A DNA stretch of 64,000 nt from Pseudomonadota bacterium (GTDB lineage: Bacteria; Pseudomonadota; Gammaproteobacteria; UBA9214): assembly GCA_039714975.1 (NCBI GenBank), contig JBDLIH010000006.1, positions 9,325-73,324 of the forward strand, in the 5' to 3' direction. Every line of letters starts with the position of its first letter. The stretch's first letter is position 1. Made by a program: the position numbers and the translations under genes. Below, one piece after another: positions 51,360 to 61,494 of this stretch. Below the pieces are notes generated by a model that did not search any database, was not told the origin of the DNA, and worked only from the letters and a program-made list of their open reading frames with translations.

Positions 51360-54300
51360 TTAAACGGCCGCCAGCTTCACTGCCTCATCAATATCAACGG
51401 CCACCAGACGTGACACACCGGGTTCATGCATGGTGACCCCCGTCAACTGGGTGGCCATCTCCATGGTGATCTTGTTGTGTGAAATAAAGATAAACTGTAC
51501 GTGCTCTGACATCTTGCGCACCATATCGCAGTAACGGCCGACATTGGCATCATCCAGCGGTGCATCAACCTCGTCCAGCATGCAAAACGGTGACGGGTTC
51601 AAGCGGAAGATCGCAAATACCAGCGCAATTGCGGTTAATGCCTTTTCGCCACCGGAAAGCAGATGGATGGTACTGTTACGCTTGCCCGGTGGACGCGCCA
51701 TGACCGTCACCCCGGTATTCAGCAGGTCCTCACCGGTCAACTCCAGGTAGGCATGCCCCCCGCCAAACAGGGTCGGGAAATTTTCCTGCATGCCTTCGTT
51801 GACCTTTTCGAAGGTCTCCTTGAAACGGGTACGGGTTTCCTTGTCAATCTTGCTGATGGCACCTTCCAGTGTATCCAGGGCCTCGATCAGGTCGGCATGC
51901 TGCGCATCAAGATAAACCTTGCGCTTGGATTCTTCCTCGTATTCCTCGATCGCGGCCAGATTGATCGGCCCAAGTCGCTGAATACGCAGCTCCAGTTTTT
52001 CGGCGGTCTCGGCCCAAACCTCAACGGTTGCCGACTCGTCTGTCTGCTCCAGCAACGGCTGGTACTCAAAACCGGATGCTGTTATCTGCTCCAGCAGCGT
52101 ATCACTGCGCACCCTGATTTCCTGCCACGCCATACGGTCCTGTTCAAGCTGCTCACGCATGTTGCCGACACCGCGTTCCTTCCTGATCCGTTGCCGGTCG
52201 AATTCGCGCGTATTGTGCTCGATGTCTTCAACCTGCTTGCGCGCTTCACCAAGTTCGGCCTCGACAGTCGAACGTCGGGACAGCATCGCTGCCAGTTCCG
52301 ACTCCAGCTCGACAATCGGGGTATCACCCTGCCCGAGTACAGTAGTCAGTTCATCGCGACGCGTGAACAGTTGCTGACACTGCTCACGCATGCGCGCCAG
52401 TGACTGGTTCGTGGCATCCTGTGCCGTACGCATGGACTCTGCACGAATTGCCAGCTCATGCACTGCCTGCTGATCACTGCGCGCAGTCTCCCTGGCGGCA
52501 TCGAGCACACTACTGAGATGTTGCTGCTGGCGCGTGCGTTCCTCGCGTTCCACTGACAGGGCGGCGGCGGCATCCAGCGCCTCCTGAAGCCGGGTGCGGG
52601 CACTTTCCTGCTGTTCCGCCTCGCTGGCCTTTTCAGTGCGCAGCACTTCGGTTTCCATCATCACATGCTCGCGCCGGCTTTGTTGCTGCTCAAGCCGCGA
52701 CTGTACAGCCGCCAACCGGGCACGCAGGTCACTGACGGCACGCTGCACCTGGTTGTATTCACCCTGTAACTGCTCACGGCCGGCCTCGGCCGCCACCAGG
52801 TCCTCACGCGCTGTCGTGATCGACCGGTTTAATGTCTCTATGTTTGTGGCCTGTGCCCCGGTTTGCGTGCTCAACTCGCTGATTTCACGTTCACGCTCCA
52901 GCACCCCCGCCTTCTCATCAGTATCGCGTGCAACACGTAACCAGCTCTTGCCTATCCAGACACCGTCCCTGCTGATGATGGACTCATGGGCAGCCAGCCC
53001 GGCACGCATTGACAGAGCCTCTGTCAGGGATTCCGCGGCATAGATACCATCAAGCAATGTGCCCACTGACCAGGAAGCCGTGACCTTGCTGGCCAACAGC
53101 ACACCATTGCCGCTGGACAAGGATGCATCGCCGGCGACACTGGTATCAAACAGTGCGACCGCACCCTGCTCCAGGCTGCCGAGCAACCGGGCAGCGCTAT
53201 CCAGCCCGTCGACACACACGGCCTCCAGATAAAACCCCAACGCAGTTTCTACCGCATGCTCCCAGCCCGACTCGGCCTGTAACTGCTGTGCCAGTCGCTG
53301 TGCACCCTGCAGTCCGCTCGACTTCAGCCAGCCAGTGACCTGCTCCGAACGCTGCCCCAACGCCGCATGTTGCAATGTTTCAAGGGAAGCCAGCTGACCA
53401 CGGGTATCGTGATGAATACTTTGCAACGCGGAAAGTTCCTGTTCCTGCTGTTCCAGTCCGCCACGCACATCAGCAATATGCCGAACGGCATTGTCCAGTG
53501 TGGCCTGTATCCCGGTCAGCTCGGTTTCCTTTGCCTCACATTGCTGTGCCTGTTGCTGCAGACCCTCTTCTACGGATTGTTGACCCAGTGTCTGCTGCTC
53601 GTCGTCCATACGCTGCAGGCGCTCATCCAGCTGCTGCATGTGACGATCAAGATGATCAAGGCGGGTGCGTTCCACTTGCGCAGCCTGTGCACGTTCCGCC
53701 GAACGTCGATTGAACTCGTCCCATTCTTCCTGCCAGGCATGCATGGCCTGCTCGGCATCTTTCAGCGCAGTCTTTGACTGCTCGGTACGCTCGGTGGCCG
53801 CGGCCAGCTCGGGCTCCACCGCTTCAAGGTCCCGCGCCAGTTCTTCCAGCCGCGCACTGTCAACCTTGATGTGCGACTCGATCTCGGCCAGCGTCCGCTC
53901 GGCACGCGACAGTTCCTGTTGCTGTTGCTGACGCGACTCCCTGTTGTGTTTAATAGCCTGTTCTATACGGGCCACATCCGCGCCCAGTTTGTAGTAGTGG
54001 CCCTGCACTGTATTAAAGGATTCATTCGCACCGGTCAGGCTGTCTCGCAGCTTTTCCAGTTCGGCCTCGATCCTGCGCTGCTCAGCCAGTTCGGCCTGCA
54101 TGGCAAGTTCGTGTTCCTGTATGGTCTGCTCCCGCGCACTGGATTCTTCGTGCATGGCGCGATAGCGTAATGCCAGCAATTCACCCTTGACCTGCCGCTC
54201 TTCTTCCTTGAGCTCCTTGTAGCGCGCAGCCGCACGCGACTGCCGCTTCAGCTTGTCGAGCTGCTTTTCGATCTCTTCCAGCAGGTCATTCAGGCGATCC

Positions 54301-54872
54301 AGGTTTTCTCGCGTGTGCTTGATGCGGTTTTCAGTTTCGCGGCGGCGTTCCTTGTACTTGGAGATCCCGGCAGCCTCCTCCAGAAACGAACGCAGGTCAT
54401 CCGGCTTGGCCTCGATCAAGCGCGAGATAGTGCCCTGCTCGATAATGGAATAACTGCGCGGCCCAAGGCCGGTGCCCAGAAAAATATCGGTAATATCACG
54501 CCTGCGACAGCGCGTGTTATTCAGAAAGTAGCTGGAGGTACCGTCGCGTGAGACCTGGCGACGAATGGAAATCTCGTTGAAGCCGGCATATTGACCAGCG
54601 ATGGTGCCATCCGAGTTATCGAATACGAGCTCGATACTGGCATGGCCCACCGGCTTGCGGCCGTTTGAGCCATTAAAAATAACATCGGCCATGGACTCAC
54701 CGCGCAGGTGCTTGGCCGAGGATTCACCCATCACCCAGCGGACGGCATCAATGACATTCGATTTGCCACAGCCATTCGGACCGATGATTCCGACAAGGTT
54801 ACTGGGGACGTGGATCGTGGTCGGGTCGACGAAGGACTTGAACCCGGCCAGCTTTATTTTGGACAACTGCAT
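51360..54872 (-). CDS. smc: Chromosome segregation protein SMC
   Basis: GFKSFVD, GPNGCGKSN, long coiled coils, LSGGEKA, LDEVDAPLD; 1170 aa. Confidence 0.98.
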   Translation of the reverse strand: MQLSKIKLAGFKSFVDPTTIHVPSNLVGIIGPNGCGKSNVIDAVRWVMGESSAKHLRGESMADVIFNGSNGRKPVGHASIELVFDNSDGTIAGQYAGFNEISIRRQVSRDGTSSYFLNNTRCRRRDITDIFLGTGLGPRSYSIIEQGTISRLIEAKPDDLRSFLEEAAGISKYKERRRETENRIKHTRENLDRLNDLLEEIEKQLDKLKRQSRAAARYKELKEEERQVKGELLALRYRAMHEESSAREQTIQEHELAMQAELAEQRRIEAELEKLRDSLTGANESFNTVQGHYYKLGADVARIEQAIKHNRESRQQQQQELSRAERTLAEIESHIKVDSARLEELARDLEAVEPELAAATERTEQSKTALKDAEQAMHAWQEEWDEFNRRSAERAQAAQVERTRLDHLDRHMQQLDERLQRMDDEQQTLGQQSVEEGLQQQAQQCEAKETELTGIQATLDNAVRHIADVRGGLEQQEQELSALQSIHHDTRGQLASLETLQHAALGQRSEQVTGWLKSSGLQGAQRLAQQLQAESGWEHAVETALGFYLEAVCVDGLDSAARLLGSLEQGAVALFDTSVAGDASLSSGNGVLLASKVTASWSVGTLLDGIYAAESLTEALSMRAGLAAHESIISRDGVWIGKSWLRVARDTDEKAGVLEREREISELSTQTGAQATNIETLNRSITTAREDLVAAEAGREQLQGEYNQVQRAVSDLRARLAAVQSRLEQQQSRREHVMMETEVLRTEKASEAEQQESARTRLQEALDAAAALSVEREERTRQQQHLSSVLDAARETARSDQQAVHELAIRAESMRTAQDATNQSLARMREQCQQLFTRRDELTTVLGQGDTPIVELESELAAMLSRRSTVEAELGEARKQVEDIEHNTREFDRQRIRKERGVGNMREQLEQDRMAWQEIRVRSDTLLEQITASGFEYQPLLEQTDESATVEVWAETAEKLELRIQRLGPINLAAIEEYEEESKRKVYLDAQHADLIEALDTLEGAISKIDKETRTRFKETFEKVNEGMQENFPTLFGGGHAYLELTGEDLLNTGVTVMARPPGKRNSTIHLLSGGEKALTAIALVFAIFRLNPSPFCMLDEVDAPLDDANVGRYCDMVRKMSEHVQFIFISHNKITMEMATQLTGVTMHEPGVSRLVAVDIDEAVKLAAV

Positions 54873-54968
54873 GGACGGCTAGGGTACTCGATTGATACCT
54901 GAAAATACAAGCTTTTGTTGTTGTATTCAGGTTGCATACACCATCTTGTGTCTTGTACCCTGATGCGC

Positions 54969-55358
54969 ATGTCTACGAAGCCCAGCAAGAATATCGATAC
55001 CTTTCCCAATCCGCACCCGGAACGGGATTACACCGTCCGTATCCGGACACCTGAATTCACCTGCCTGTGCCCGAAAACCGGCCAGCCGGATTTCGCCATA
55101 CTGCACCTTGAGTACGTCCCGGATCAGGCCTGCATCGAACTTAAATCGTGGAAGCTGTATATCTGGTCGTTTCGCGAAGAAGGCGCATTTCACGAGGACA
55201 TCACCAACCGCATACTCAATGACCTGGTTAAAGCCTGCCAGCCCCGCTTCATGCGCCTGCGCGCCGAGTTTAACGTCCGCGGTGGTGTGTACACCGACGT
55301 GGTCGTGGAGTACCGGCACCCTGGCTGGAGCCCGGCTGACAGCATCGCCTTGATATAA
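54969..55358 (+). CDS. queF: NADPH-dependent preQ0 reductase (short, unimodular QueF)
   Basis: [33 protein letters not shown]. Confidence 0.93.
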   Translation: MSTKPSKNIDTFPNPHPERDYTVRIRTPEFTCLCPKTGQPDFAILHLEYVPDQACIELKSWKLYIWSFREEGAFHEDITNRILNDLVKACQPRFMRLRAEFNVRGGVYTDVVVEYRHPGWSPADSIALI

Positions 55359-55407
55359 GGCATATATATTACATTTAGTTATATAGTTCTTCTCGGATAT
55401 TTCTATA

Positions 55408-56682
55408 ATAGATACACTCTACCTGGGTATCGATGTCGGCACCTCCGGCGTCCGCAGCTGCATCATCGATGAGACAGCGGCCATTCGCGCCGGGGCAAGC
55501 ACCCCCCTGCCAGCGCCCGGCCGCATGGGCGCTGCCGTCGAACAGGATCCCGAAATCTGGTGGACGGCACTGACAGAGAACCTGGAGCAACTTCGCGCGC
55601 AACGCTCATTGGCGCCCGTCGCCGCCATCACGCTGGACGGTACCTCTTCCACCCTGCTGTGCTGCGACGCCAGCGGCAGGCCGCTGGGACCGGCACTGAT
55701 GTACAACGATGCGCGGGCCACCCGTGAGGCGCAACGTATCGCTGGCATTGCCCCACCTGACTGTGCCGCTCACGGGCCCAGCGCCAGTCTGGCGAAATTA
55801 CTGTGGTTGCAACAGTCACCCTTCTGTAAATATGCCCGGCATATCCTGCATCAGGCCGACTGGCTGCTGGGCAGACTGTGTGGACACTTTGGCACCAGCG
55901 ATGAGAATAATGCCCTGAAACTGGGATATGACGTCATCCAGCGGCGCTGGCCTGACTGGTTGCAGGCGCTGGATGTCCCGATGACCCTGCTACCCACGGT
56001 AGTACCCGCCGGGCATGAAACAGGAACTCTGGCAGCACAGGCCGGTGAGCGCTGGGGCCTGTCCACCGATACACGCATCCTTGCCGGCACCACGGACAGC
56101 ACCGCCAGTTTCATCGCAACCGGCGCCGGCCCCGGTGACGCAGTCACCTCGCTCGGCAGTACCCTGGTCCTGAAAGTACTGGCAGACCAGCCGGTGTTTG
56201 CTCCGGCATACGGCATATACAGCCACCGCCTCGGCGACCGCTGGCTGGTGGGCGGTGCATCAAACACTGGCGGCGCCGTCCTGAAAGCACATTTTACTGC
56301 CGCAGAGATCGAGCAATTTGCTGCATTAATCAACCCTGACGAGACAACCGGACTGGATTACTACCCATTGCTTGCCGACGGCGAACGCTTCCCGGTCAAC
56401 GACCCCGCACTCGCACCCCGCCTGCAACCAAGGCCAGCCGATGACGTGCTCTTTTACCAGGGCATACTTGAGGGTATTGCGAATATTGAAGTCCGTGGTT
56501 ATCAGAAACTGGCCGAACTGGGTGCGCCCTGGCCGAAAAGAATCATGACCACCGGCGGCGGCGCAGCCAACGCACCATGGCGTAAAATGCGCTCACGTTT
56601 AACCGGCATCCCCGTAACGGCCGCTACGCATCAGGAAGCCGCTTATGGTGCGGCCTTACTATCACTAAAAGGATCATCATGA
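55408..56682 (+). CDS. FGGY-family carbohydrate kinase (D-ribulose/xylulose kinase-like); start uncertain
   Basis: In-frame YLGIDVGTSGVR lies upstream of the first ATG (55525); DGTSST, MYND, GTTDSTA, SLGSTLVLK, GGASNTGG, GGGA.N..W. Confidence 0.85.
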   Translation: MDTLYLGIDVGTSGVRSCIIDETAAIRAGASTPLPAPGRMGAAVEQDPEIWWTALTENLEQLRAQRSLAPVAAITLDGTSSTLLCCDASGRPLGPALMYNDARATREAQRIAGIAPPDCAAHGPSASLAKLLWLQQSPFCKYARHILHQADWLLGRLCGHFGTSDENNALKLGYDVIQRRWPDWLQALDVPMTLLPTVVPAGHETGTLAAQAGERWGLSTDTRILAGTTDSTASFIATGAGPGDAVTSLGSTLVLKVLADQPVFAPAYGIYSHRLGDRWLVGGASNTGGAVLKAHFTAAEIEQFAALINPDETTGLDYYPLLADGERFPVNDPALAPRLQPRPADDVLFYQGILEGIANIEVRGYQKLAELGAPWPKRIMTTGGGAANAPWRKMRSRLTGIPVTAATHQEAAYGAALLSLKGSS

Positions 56683-57425
56683 AAAACAATCATTCCGGCA
56701 TGCACTACCTGCTCGAGGGTTTACGCCTCATCCGGCAACCCGGTCTGCGCCGTTACGTCATCATACCGCTACTGGTGAGCATCGTCTTTTTCAGCGTTGC
56801 GGTCTTTGGCCTGACACACTGGCTGGAGCAGTTAATCGAACTGCTGCTGGGTTATCTGCCCGCCTGGCTTGACTGGCTGCAATACCTGTTGTGGCCGCTA
56901 TTCGCTATCGCCGGGGTACTGATCATCTTTTACAGCTTCTCAATAATAACCAATCTGATTGCCGCACCCTTCAATGGCATGCTGGCAGAGGCGGTAGAAA
57001 AATATCTCACCGGGCAACCCATCGAAACCGGTGGCTGGCAGGCACTGCTTAAGGATTTCGTACCCAGTCTTCTTTCGGAACTGCGCAAACTGCTTTATTT
57101 TCTGCTGCGGGCCCTGCCACTTGGCATTCTGTTCCTGATCCCCGGCATCAATATTGCGGCACCCTTTATATGGGGACTGTTCAGCGCCTGGATGCTGGCA
57201 ATTGAATACGTCGATTATCCGATGGCGAATCATCTGCTGCATTTCTCGACACAACGCAAGGTGCTGCGGAAACGGCGCGTGCTGTCCTATGGCTTCGGTG
57301 GCAGTTCATTATTGATGACCATGATCCCGGTGGTGAATTTTTTTGCCATGCCGGTATCGGTGGCCGGTGCCACCGCGATGTGGGTAGGGGAATTGCGGGA
57401 GCATGTACAGGATACCGCCGCATGA
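56679..57425 (+). CDS. cysZ: CysZ/EI24-family membrane protein
   Basis: GLRLI.QPGLRRYV.IPL, IAAPFNG.LAE.VE, EY.DYP.ANH, IP.VN...MP..VAGAT. Confidence 0.92.
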   Translation: MKNNHSGMHYLLEGLRLIRQPGLRRYVIIPLLVSIVFFSVAVFGLTHWLEQLIELLLGYLPAWLDWLQYLLWPLFAIAGVLIIFYSFSIITNLIAAPFNGMLAEAVEKYLTGQPIETGGWQALLKDFVPSLLSELRKLLYFLLRALPLGILFLIPGINIAAPFIWGLFSAWMLAIEYVDYPMANHLLHFSTQRKVLRKRRVLSYGFGGSSLLMTMIPVVNFFAMPVSVAGATAMWVGELREHVQDTAA

Positions 57426-57457
57426 ATGGATTTGTGTTAGTGTCGGGATAATTATTG

Positions 57458-57534
57458 CTCTCGCAAAGGCGCAAAGACCGCCAAGAATTCATTGATCTTT
57501 CTTTTTCTTTGCGTGCTTTGCGCCTTTGCGAGAG
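57458..57534. repeat. Palindromic intergenic repeat (CTCTCGCAAAGGCGCAAAG...CTTTGCGCCTTTGCGAGAG)
   Basis: 19-bp perfect inverted arms; same family as 10020-10102. Confidence 0.8.
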
Positions 57535-57552
57535 GCTTTATACGGCAGCCAT

Positions 57553-58707
57553 TCATGACAAGAATTCCTGCAAGCGCCGCACCCCTTCCTGCAGATTTTC
57601 CAGCGACGTGGTATAGGCAAAACGCACATGGGTTTCAGGCTGATTCACACCGAAATCAATTCCCGGTGTAATGGCCACACCTGCCTCCTCCAGCAGCAGT
57701 GAAGAAAAACTGAAACTGTCGTCGGTAAAACGACTGCAGTTGGCATACAGGTAAAAGGCACCGTCCGGGGCCACCGGTATATCAAAACCAATATCACGCA
57801 AGGCGGGCAATAAATAGTCGCGGCGCAGCCGGAATTCGCGGCGCCGCGCTTCAAGGATGTTGATACTCTCCTCGTCAAAGGCCTTCAGTGCCGCATGCTG
57901 GGCCATCGTCGGCGCCGCCAGAAACAGATTCTGTGCAAGCTTGTCAATGTCTGCCACGTACGCCTGCGGTGCAATCAGCCAGCCCAGTCGCCAGCCGGTC
58001 ATACCGAAGTACTTGGAGAAACTGTTCACCACAAAAATTTCATCCGAGATAGCCAGGGCCGTGGTTGCCTGCTCGCCGTAAACCAGACCATGGTAGATCT
58101 CATCTACAACCAGGCAACCACCCTGTGTGGAAGTAATGGCATGATATTCACGCAGGGCGCTCTCTCCCAGCAGGGTGCCGGTGGGATTTGACGGCGAGGC
58201 TACCAGCAAGGCTGCAACCTGCTCTGTCCAGTAGTCACGCACTTGCTGTAGCGTTGGTTGATAGTTTGATGCGGCTGTCACCGGGATACCAACCGGTTGC
58301 CCATTCAGCAAATAGACAAAATTACGGTTGCAGGGATAACCCGGGTCTGCCATTAACACCTGGTCACCGGGATTTACGAGCACTGCCATAATCAACTGCA
58401 ATGCAGCCGAGGCACCGGGCGTGACAATAATCCGCTGCGGATCAATATCCACGCCATATCGCACCCTGTAAAATTCAGCAATGCGTTCTCGCAGCGCCTG
58501 CAAACCCACCGCGGGCGTGTAATGTGTGTAACCCTCCTGCAAGGCCCTGATACCGGCATCGATGACCGGCTGTGGTGTAACGAAGTCCGGCTCACCGATT
58601 TCCATGTGAATAATCGAACGACCAGTCGCCTCCAGTTCACGAGCGCGTGCCAGCAACGCCATCACATGGAACGGCTGGATCGACTGCATACGGTTGGCCG
58701 GCCTCAT
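57553..58707 (-). CDS. PLP-dependent aminotransferase class I/II
   Basis: IQPFHVM, EIGEPDF, ASPSNPTG, VDEIYHGL, NSFSKYFGMTGWRLGW. Confidence 0.92.
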   Translation of the reverse strand: MRPANRMQSIQPFHVMALLARARELEATGRSIIHMEIGEPDFVTPQPVIDAGIRALQEGYTHYTPAVGLQALRERIAEFYRVRYGVDIDPQRIIVTPGASAALQLIMAVLVNPGDQVLMADPGYPCNRNFVYLLNGQPVGIPVTAASNYQPTLQQVRDYWTEQVAALLVASPSNPTGTLLGESALREYHAITSTQGGCLVVDEIYHGLVYGEQATTALAISDEIFVVNSFSKYFGMTGWRLGWLIAPQAYVADIDKLAQNLFLAAPTMAQHAALKAFDEESINILEARRREFRLRRDYLLPALRDIGFDIPVAPDGAFYLYANCSRFTDDSFSFSSLLLEEAGVAITPGIDFGVNQPETHVRFAYTTSLENLQEGVRRLQEFLS

Positions 58708-58709
58708 CG

Positions 58710-59483
58710 TCAGGCTTCCCGGCAGGCAGCGTGCAGGCGTTGCAGGTAATCCGTATCAACGAAAGGCCCGGGTTGCAAACAACCCTGCAACATGCGACAG
58801 GGGTTGTCCGGCTCGCCAAGATGATCCAGCACCACGGCGGCACCGGAAAAATCGTGCCTGTCAGTGTACTGGTTAACAGTAACCAGCACGTCAACACCGG
58901 CAGCGAGGGCCGCCTTCAAACCATTTGCGGAATCCTCAAGCGCAAGACATTGACTGGCGGACACGCCCAGCTTTGACATGGCATAGGTATAGATATCAGG
59001 CGCCGGCTTTTTCCGGGGCACCACACCGCCGGCCGCAACCACCTCAAACCAGTCGTCCTCGTGCCCACCGAAACTGTGTTTGAATAATGCACTGACGTTT
59101 GCCGGTGTTGTTGTCGTTACAATCGCCAGGTGCAATCCTTTTTCACGTGCTTCCCTGATCAGGCGAGCAACACCCGGTCGTAACGGTACCCGTCCCTCGG
59201 TCATCTTGCTGACATAGCTCGACGTTTTATCTGCATGCAGACTGGCGATAAACGCATCCGTATCCGGCGGCAGTTCTTCTCCCGGTTGTTCCTGCTGCAT
59301 GTAGTGACGAATGCGTTCCTTGCCACCGGTAACTGACAGTAATTCATGATAGCGTTCGGGGCTCCATACCCAATCCAGACCCGCTGCCTTGAAGGCCTCG
59401 TTAAATGCCTGGCGATGCACCTCTTCGGTGTCTGCCAGTGTGCCATCCACATCAAACAGCAGCGCCTGCAATTCTGTTTTCAT
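58710..59483 (-). CDS. cbbY: CbbY-like HAD-family phosphatase
   Basis: LFDVDGTLADTE..HRQAFN.AF, W.WS...Y..LL.V.GGKERI, RPGV.RL, KKPAPDIY, EDS.NGL. Confidence 0.8.
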   Translation of the reverse strand: MKTELQALLFDVDGTLADTEEVHRQAFNEAFKAAGLDWVWSPERYHELLSVTGGKERIRHYMQQEQPGEELPPDTDAFIASLHADKTSSYVSKMTEGRVPLRPGVARLIREAREKGLHLAIVTTTTPANVSALFKHSFGGHEDDWFEVVAAGGVVPRKKPAPDIYTYAMSKLGVSASQCLALEDSANGLKAALAAGVDVLVTVNQYTDRHDFSGAAVVLDHLGEPDNPCRMLQGCLQPGPFVDTDYLQRLHAACREA

Positions 59484-59720
59484 TTTCTGATCATCCCTAT
59501 TTAAAATAAACCGAGGTACGCAACGGGCCCGGCCTGAAAAGACACTGCCGCGGTATTTTTTTGTATCAATTTCCGTTCTTGACTAATAGCGAAAGTGGCG
59601 TATAAATAACGCCCCTGAAGCTGTTGCCAGCCGATAATAATACGTAAAGATACAGCCGGTAAAATTATTTTTCTCAATTCAAACAGCATGTTAAATTAGC
59701 CGAATCTGGAGACAGTCTAC

Positions 59721-60410
59721 ATGGCGGCAAAAAAGAAAGCAGTAAAGACCAAGGCAGCAGTCAAGAAAAAGACTGTTGCGAAAAAGAAGACAGTTAAAAA
59801 GGCTGCCGTGAAAAAAGCTGCGCCGAAGAAAGCTGCACCGAAAAAAGCTGCCCCGAAAAAAGCTGCACAGAAGAAAGCTGCACCGAAGAAAGCTGCACCG
59901 AAGAAAGCTGCACCGAAGAAAGCTGCACCGAAGAAAGCTGCAACAAGGAAGACCCCAACAAAAAAGACCGCAACAAAGCGGAGACCTTCATCGCAGATTG
60001 GGCCTGTACCCGGCATCGCCCCCTATGCGGAAAAGAAGGGTGAGGAGTACATGAATGAGAATCAGGTCCAGCATTTCAAGAATATTCTGCTGGAATGGAA
60101 ACGCGGATTAATGGAGGAAGTGGATCGCACCGTACATCACATGCAGGATGATGCCGCCAATTTCCCCGACCCGAATGACCGGGCAACCCAGGAATCGGAA
60201 TTCAGCATGGAACTACGTGCACGTGACCGGGAACGCAAGCTGATCAAGAAGATCGACGAATCAATGAGCAACCTCGACAGTGATGACTTTGGTTACTGCG
60301 AGGCCTGCGGTGTTGAAATTGGTGTCAAGCGCCTTGAAGCAAGACCCACGGCAACGCTGTGCATTGACTGCAAGATTCTGGATGAAATCCGGGAAAAACA
60401 GCAGGGTTAA
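59721..60410 (+). CDS. dksA: RNA polymerase-binding factor DksA with histone-like N-terminal extension
   Basis: [36 protein letters not shown]...CIDC zinc finger. Confidence 0.96.
   Translation: MAAKKKAVKTKAAVKKKTVAKKKTVKKAAVKKAAPKKAAPKKAAPKKAAQKKAAPKKAAPKKAAPKKAAPKKAATRKTPTKKTATKRRPSSQIGPVPGIAPYAEKKGEEYMNENQVQHFKNILLEWKRGLMEEVDRTVHHMQDDAANFPDPNDRATQESEFSMELRARDRERKLIKKIDESMSNLDSDDFGYCEACGVEIGVKRLEARPTATLCIDCKILDEIREKQQG
59802..59936 (+). repeat. 15-bp tandem repeat (GCTGCACCGAAGAAA-like x9) encoding AAPKK
   Basis: Nine consecutive units inside the dksA 5' part. Confidence 0.92.
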
Positions 60411-60435
60411 TCATCTGATGCCCTTGCTGCACATT

Positions 60436-60461
60436 AAAAGCCGGCATACGCCGGCTTTTTT
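60436..60461 (+). terminator. Rho-independent terminator after dksA
   Basis: AAAAGCCGGC-ATAC-GCCGGCTTTTTT. Confidence 0.82.
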
Positions 60462-60482
60462 ATTTCCTGTATCTACCCCCCA

Positions 60483-61397
60483 ATGACCTGCTACCGCGGC
60501 CGGTTTGCACCCTCACCTACCGGGCCGTTACATTTTGGCTCGCTGCTTGCGGCAACAGGCAGTTACCTGGATGCCCGTCATCAACAGGGGAAGTGGCTAC
60601 TCCGTATAGAAGACCTGGATCCACCCCGTGAAATTGCCGGTGCCAGCGACAGCATCATCAGGACACTGGAACAACTGGGTATGACATGGGATGGCCCGAT
60701 CAGTTACCAGAGCCAGCGCAGCCACCTCTATGAGGACGCACTTGACCTGCTCAGACAGCAGGACTGTCTCTATGACTGCGGGTGCAGTCGCAAGGAAATT
60801 GCTGACAGTGCGGTACAGACTGAAGCCGGCCCTGTATATCCTGGCACTTGCCGCAAGGGATTAGCCCCGGGGCGCAGCCCCCGCTCCGTCCGTGTGCGCG
60901 TGGATCCTGCCGAAATCAGTGTTCGAGATCGCCTGCAGGCACCGCTGCAGCAACAACTTGCATCCGAAGTTGGTGACTTTATCGTCAGACGTTTTAACAA
61001 GCTGTTTTCCTACCAGCTTGCCGTGGCAGTGGATGATGGCGCGCAACAGATCAATCATGTCGTACGTGGCGCTGATTTGCTGGATTCAACACCGAGACAG
61101 ATGTACCTGCAACGGTTACTGGGCTTGCCGACACCGGCCTACCTGCATTTGCCGGTCGCGGTGAAAACCGACCAGGCCAAGCTCAGTAAACAAACCTTCG
61201 CGCAGCCGGTCGCAGCAGATGACAGACACAGTGCCGTGATCGATGCCCTGCGATTTCTGCACCAGGAATTACCGGATTCACCTCACGACGCCAGCAGGGA
61301 CGAACTCTGGCAATGGGCCATTGATCATTGGGATGTTACTGCCCTGCCGGCCTGCCGCACCTTGCCGGCACCCGTAGAATACATCGACCCGTCCTGA
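60483..61397 (+). CDS. gluQ: Glutamyl-Q tRNA(Asp) synthetase
   Basis: YRGRFAPSPTGPLHFGS, RIEDLDPPRE, C.CSR, YPGTCR, VVRGADLL.STPRQ, KLSKQ; follows dksA. Confidence 0.95.
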   Translation: MTCYRGRFAPSPTGPLHFGSLLAATGSYLDARHQQGKWLLRIEDLDPPREIAGASDSIIRTLEQLGMTWDGPISYQSQRSHLYEDALDLLRQQDCLYDCGCSRKEIADSAVQTEAGPVYPGTCRKGLAPGRSPRSVRVRVDPAEISVRDRLQAPLQQQLASEVGDFIVRRFNKLFSYQLAVAVDDGAQQINHVVRGADLLDSTPRQMYLQRLLGLPTPAYLHLPVAVKTDQAKLSKQTFAQPVAADDRHSAVIDALRFLHQELPDSPHDASRDELWQWAIDHWDVTALPACRTLPAPVEYIDPS

Positions 61398-61494
61398 AAA
61401 ATACTGCTCCCGTCTCTTGGCACGTCTGGCTGCATGACTATAATCAACAGGCAATCACACAACGTCACGATTCAACCACCAAGGGAATTTATCG

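Noticed and set aside
59802-59936. Possible CRISPR-like array
   Set aside because: Contiguous in-frame 15-bp coding repeats with no spacers and no cas genes
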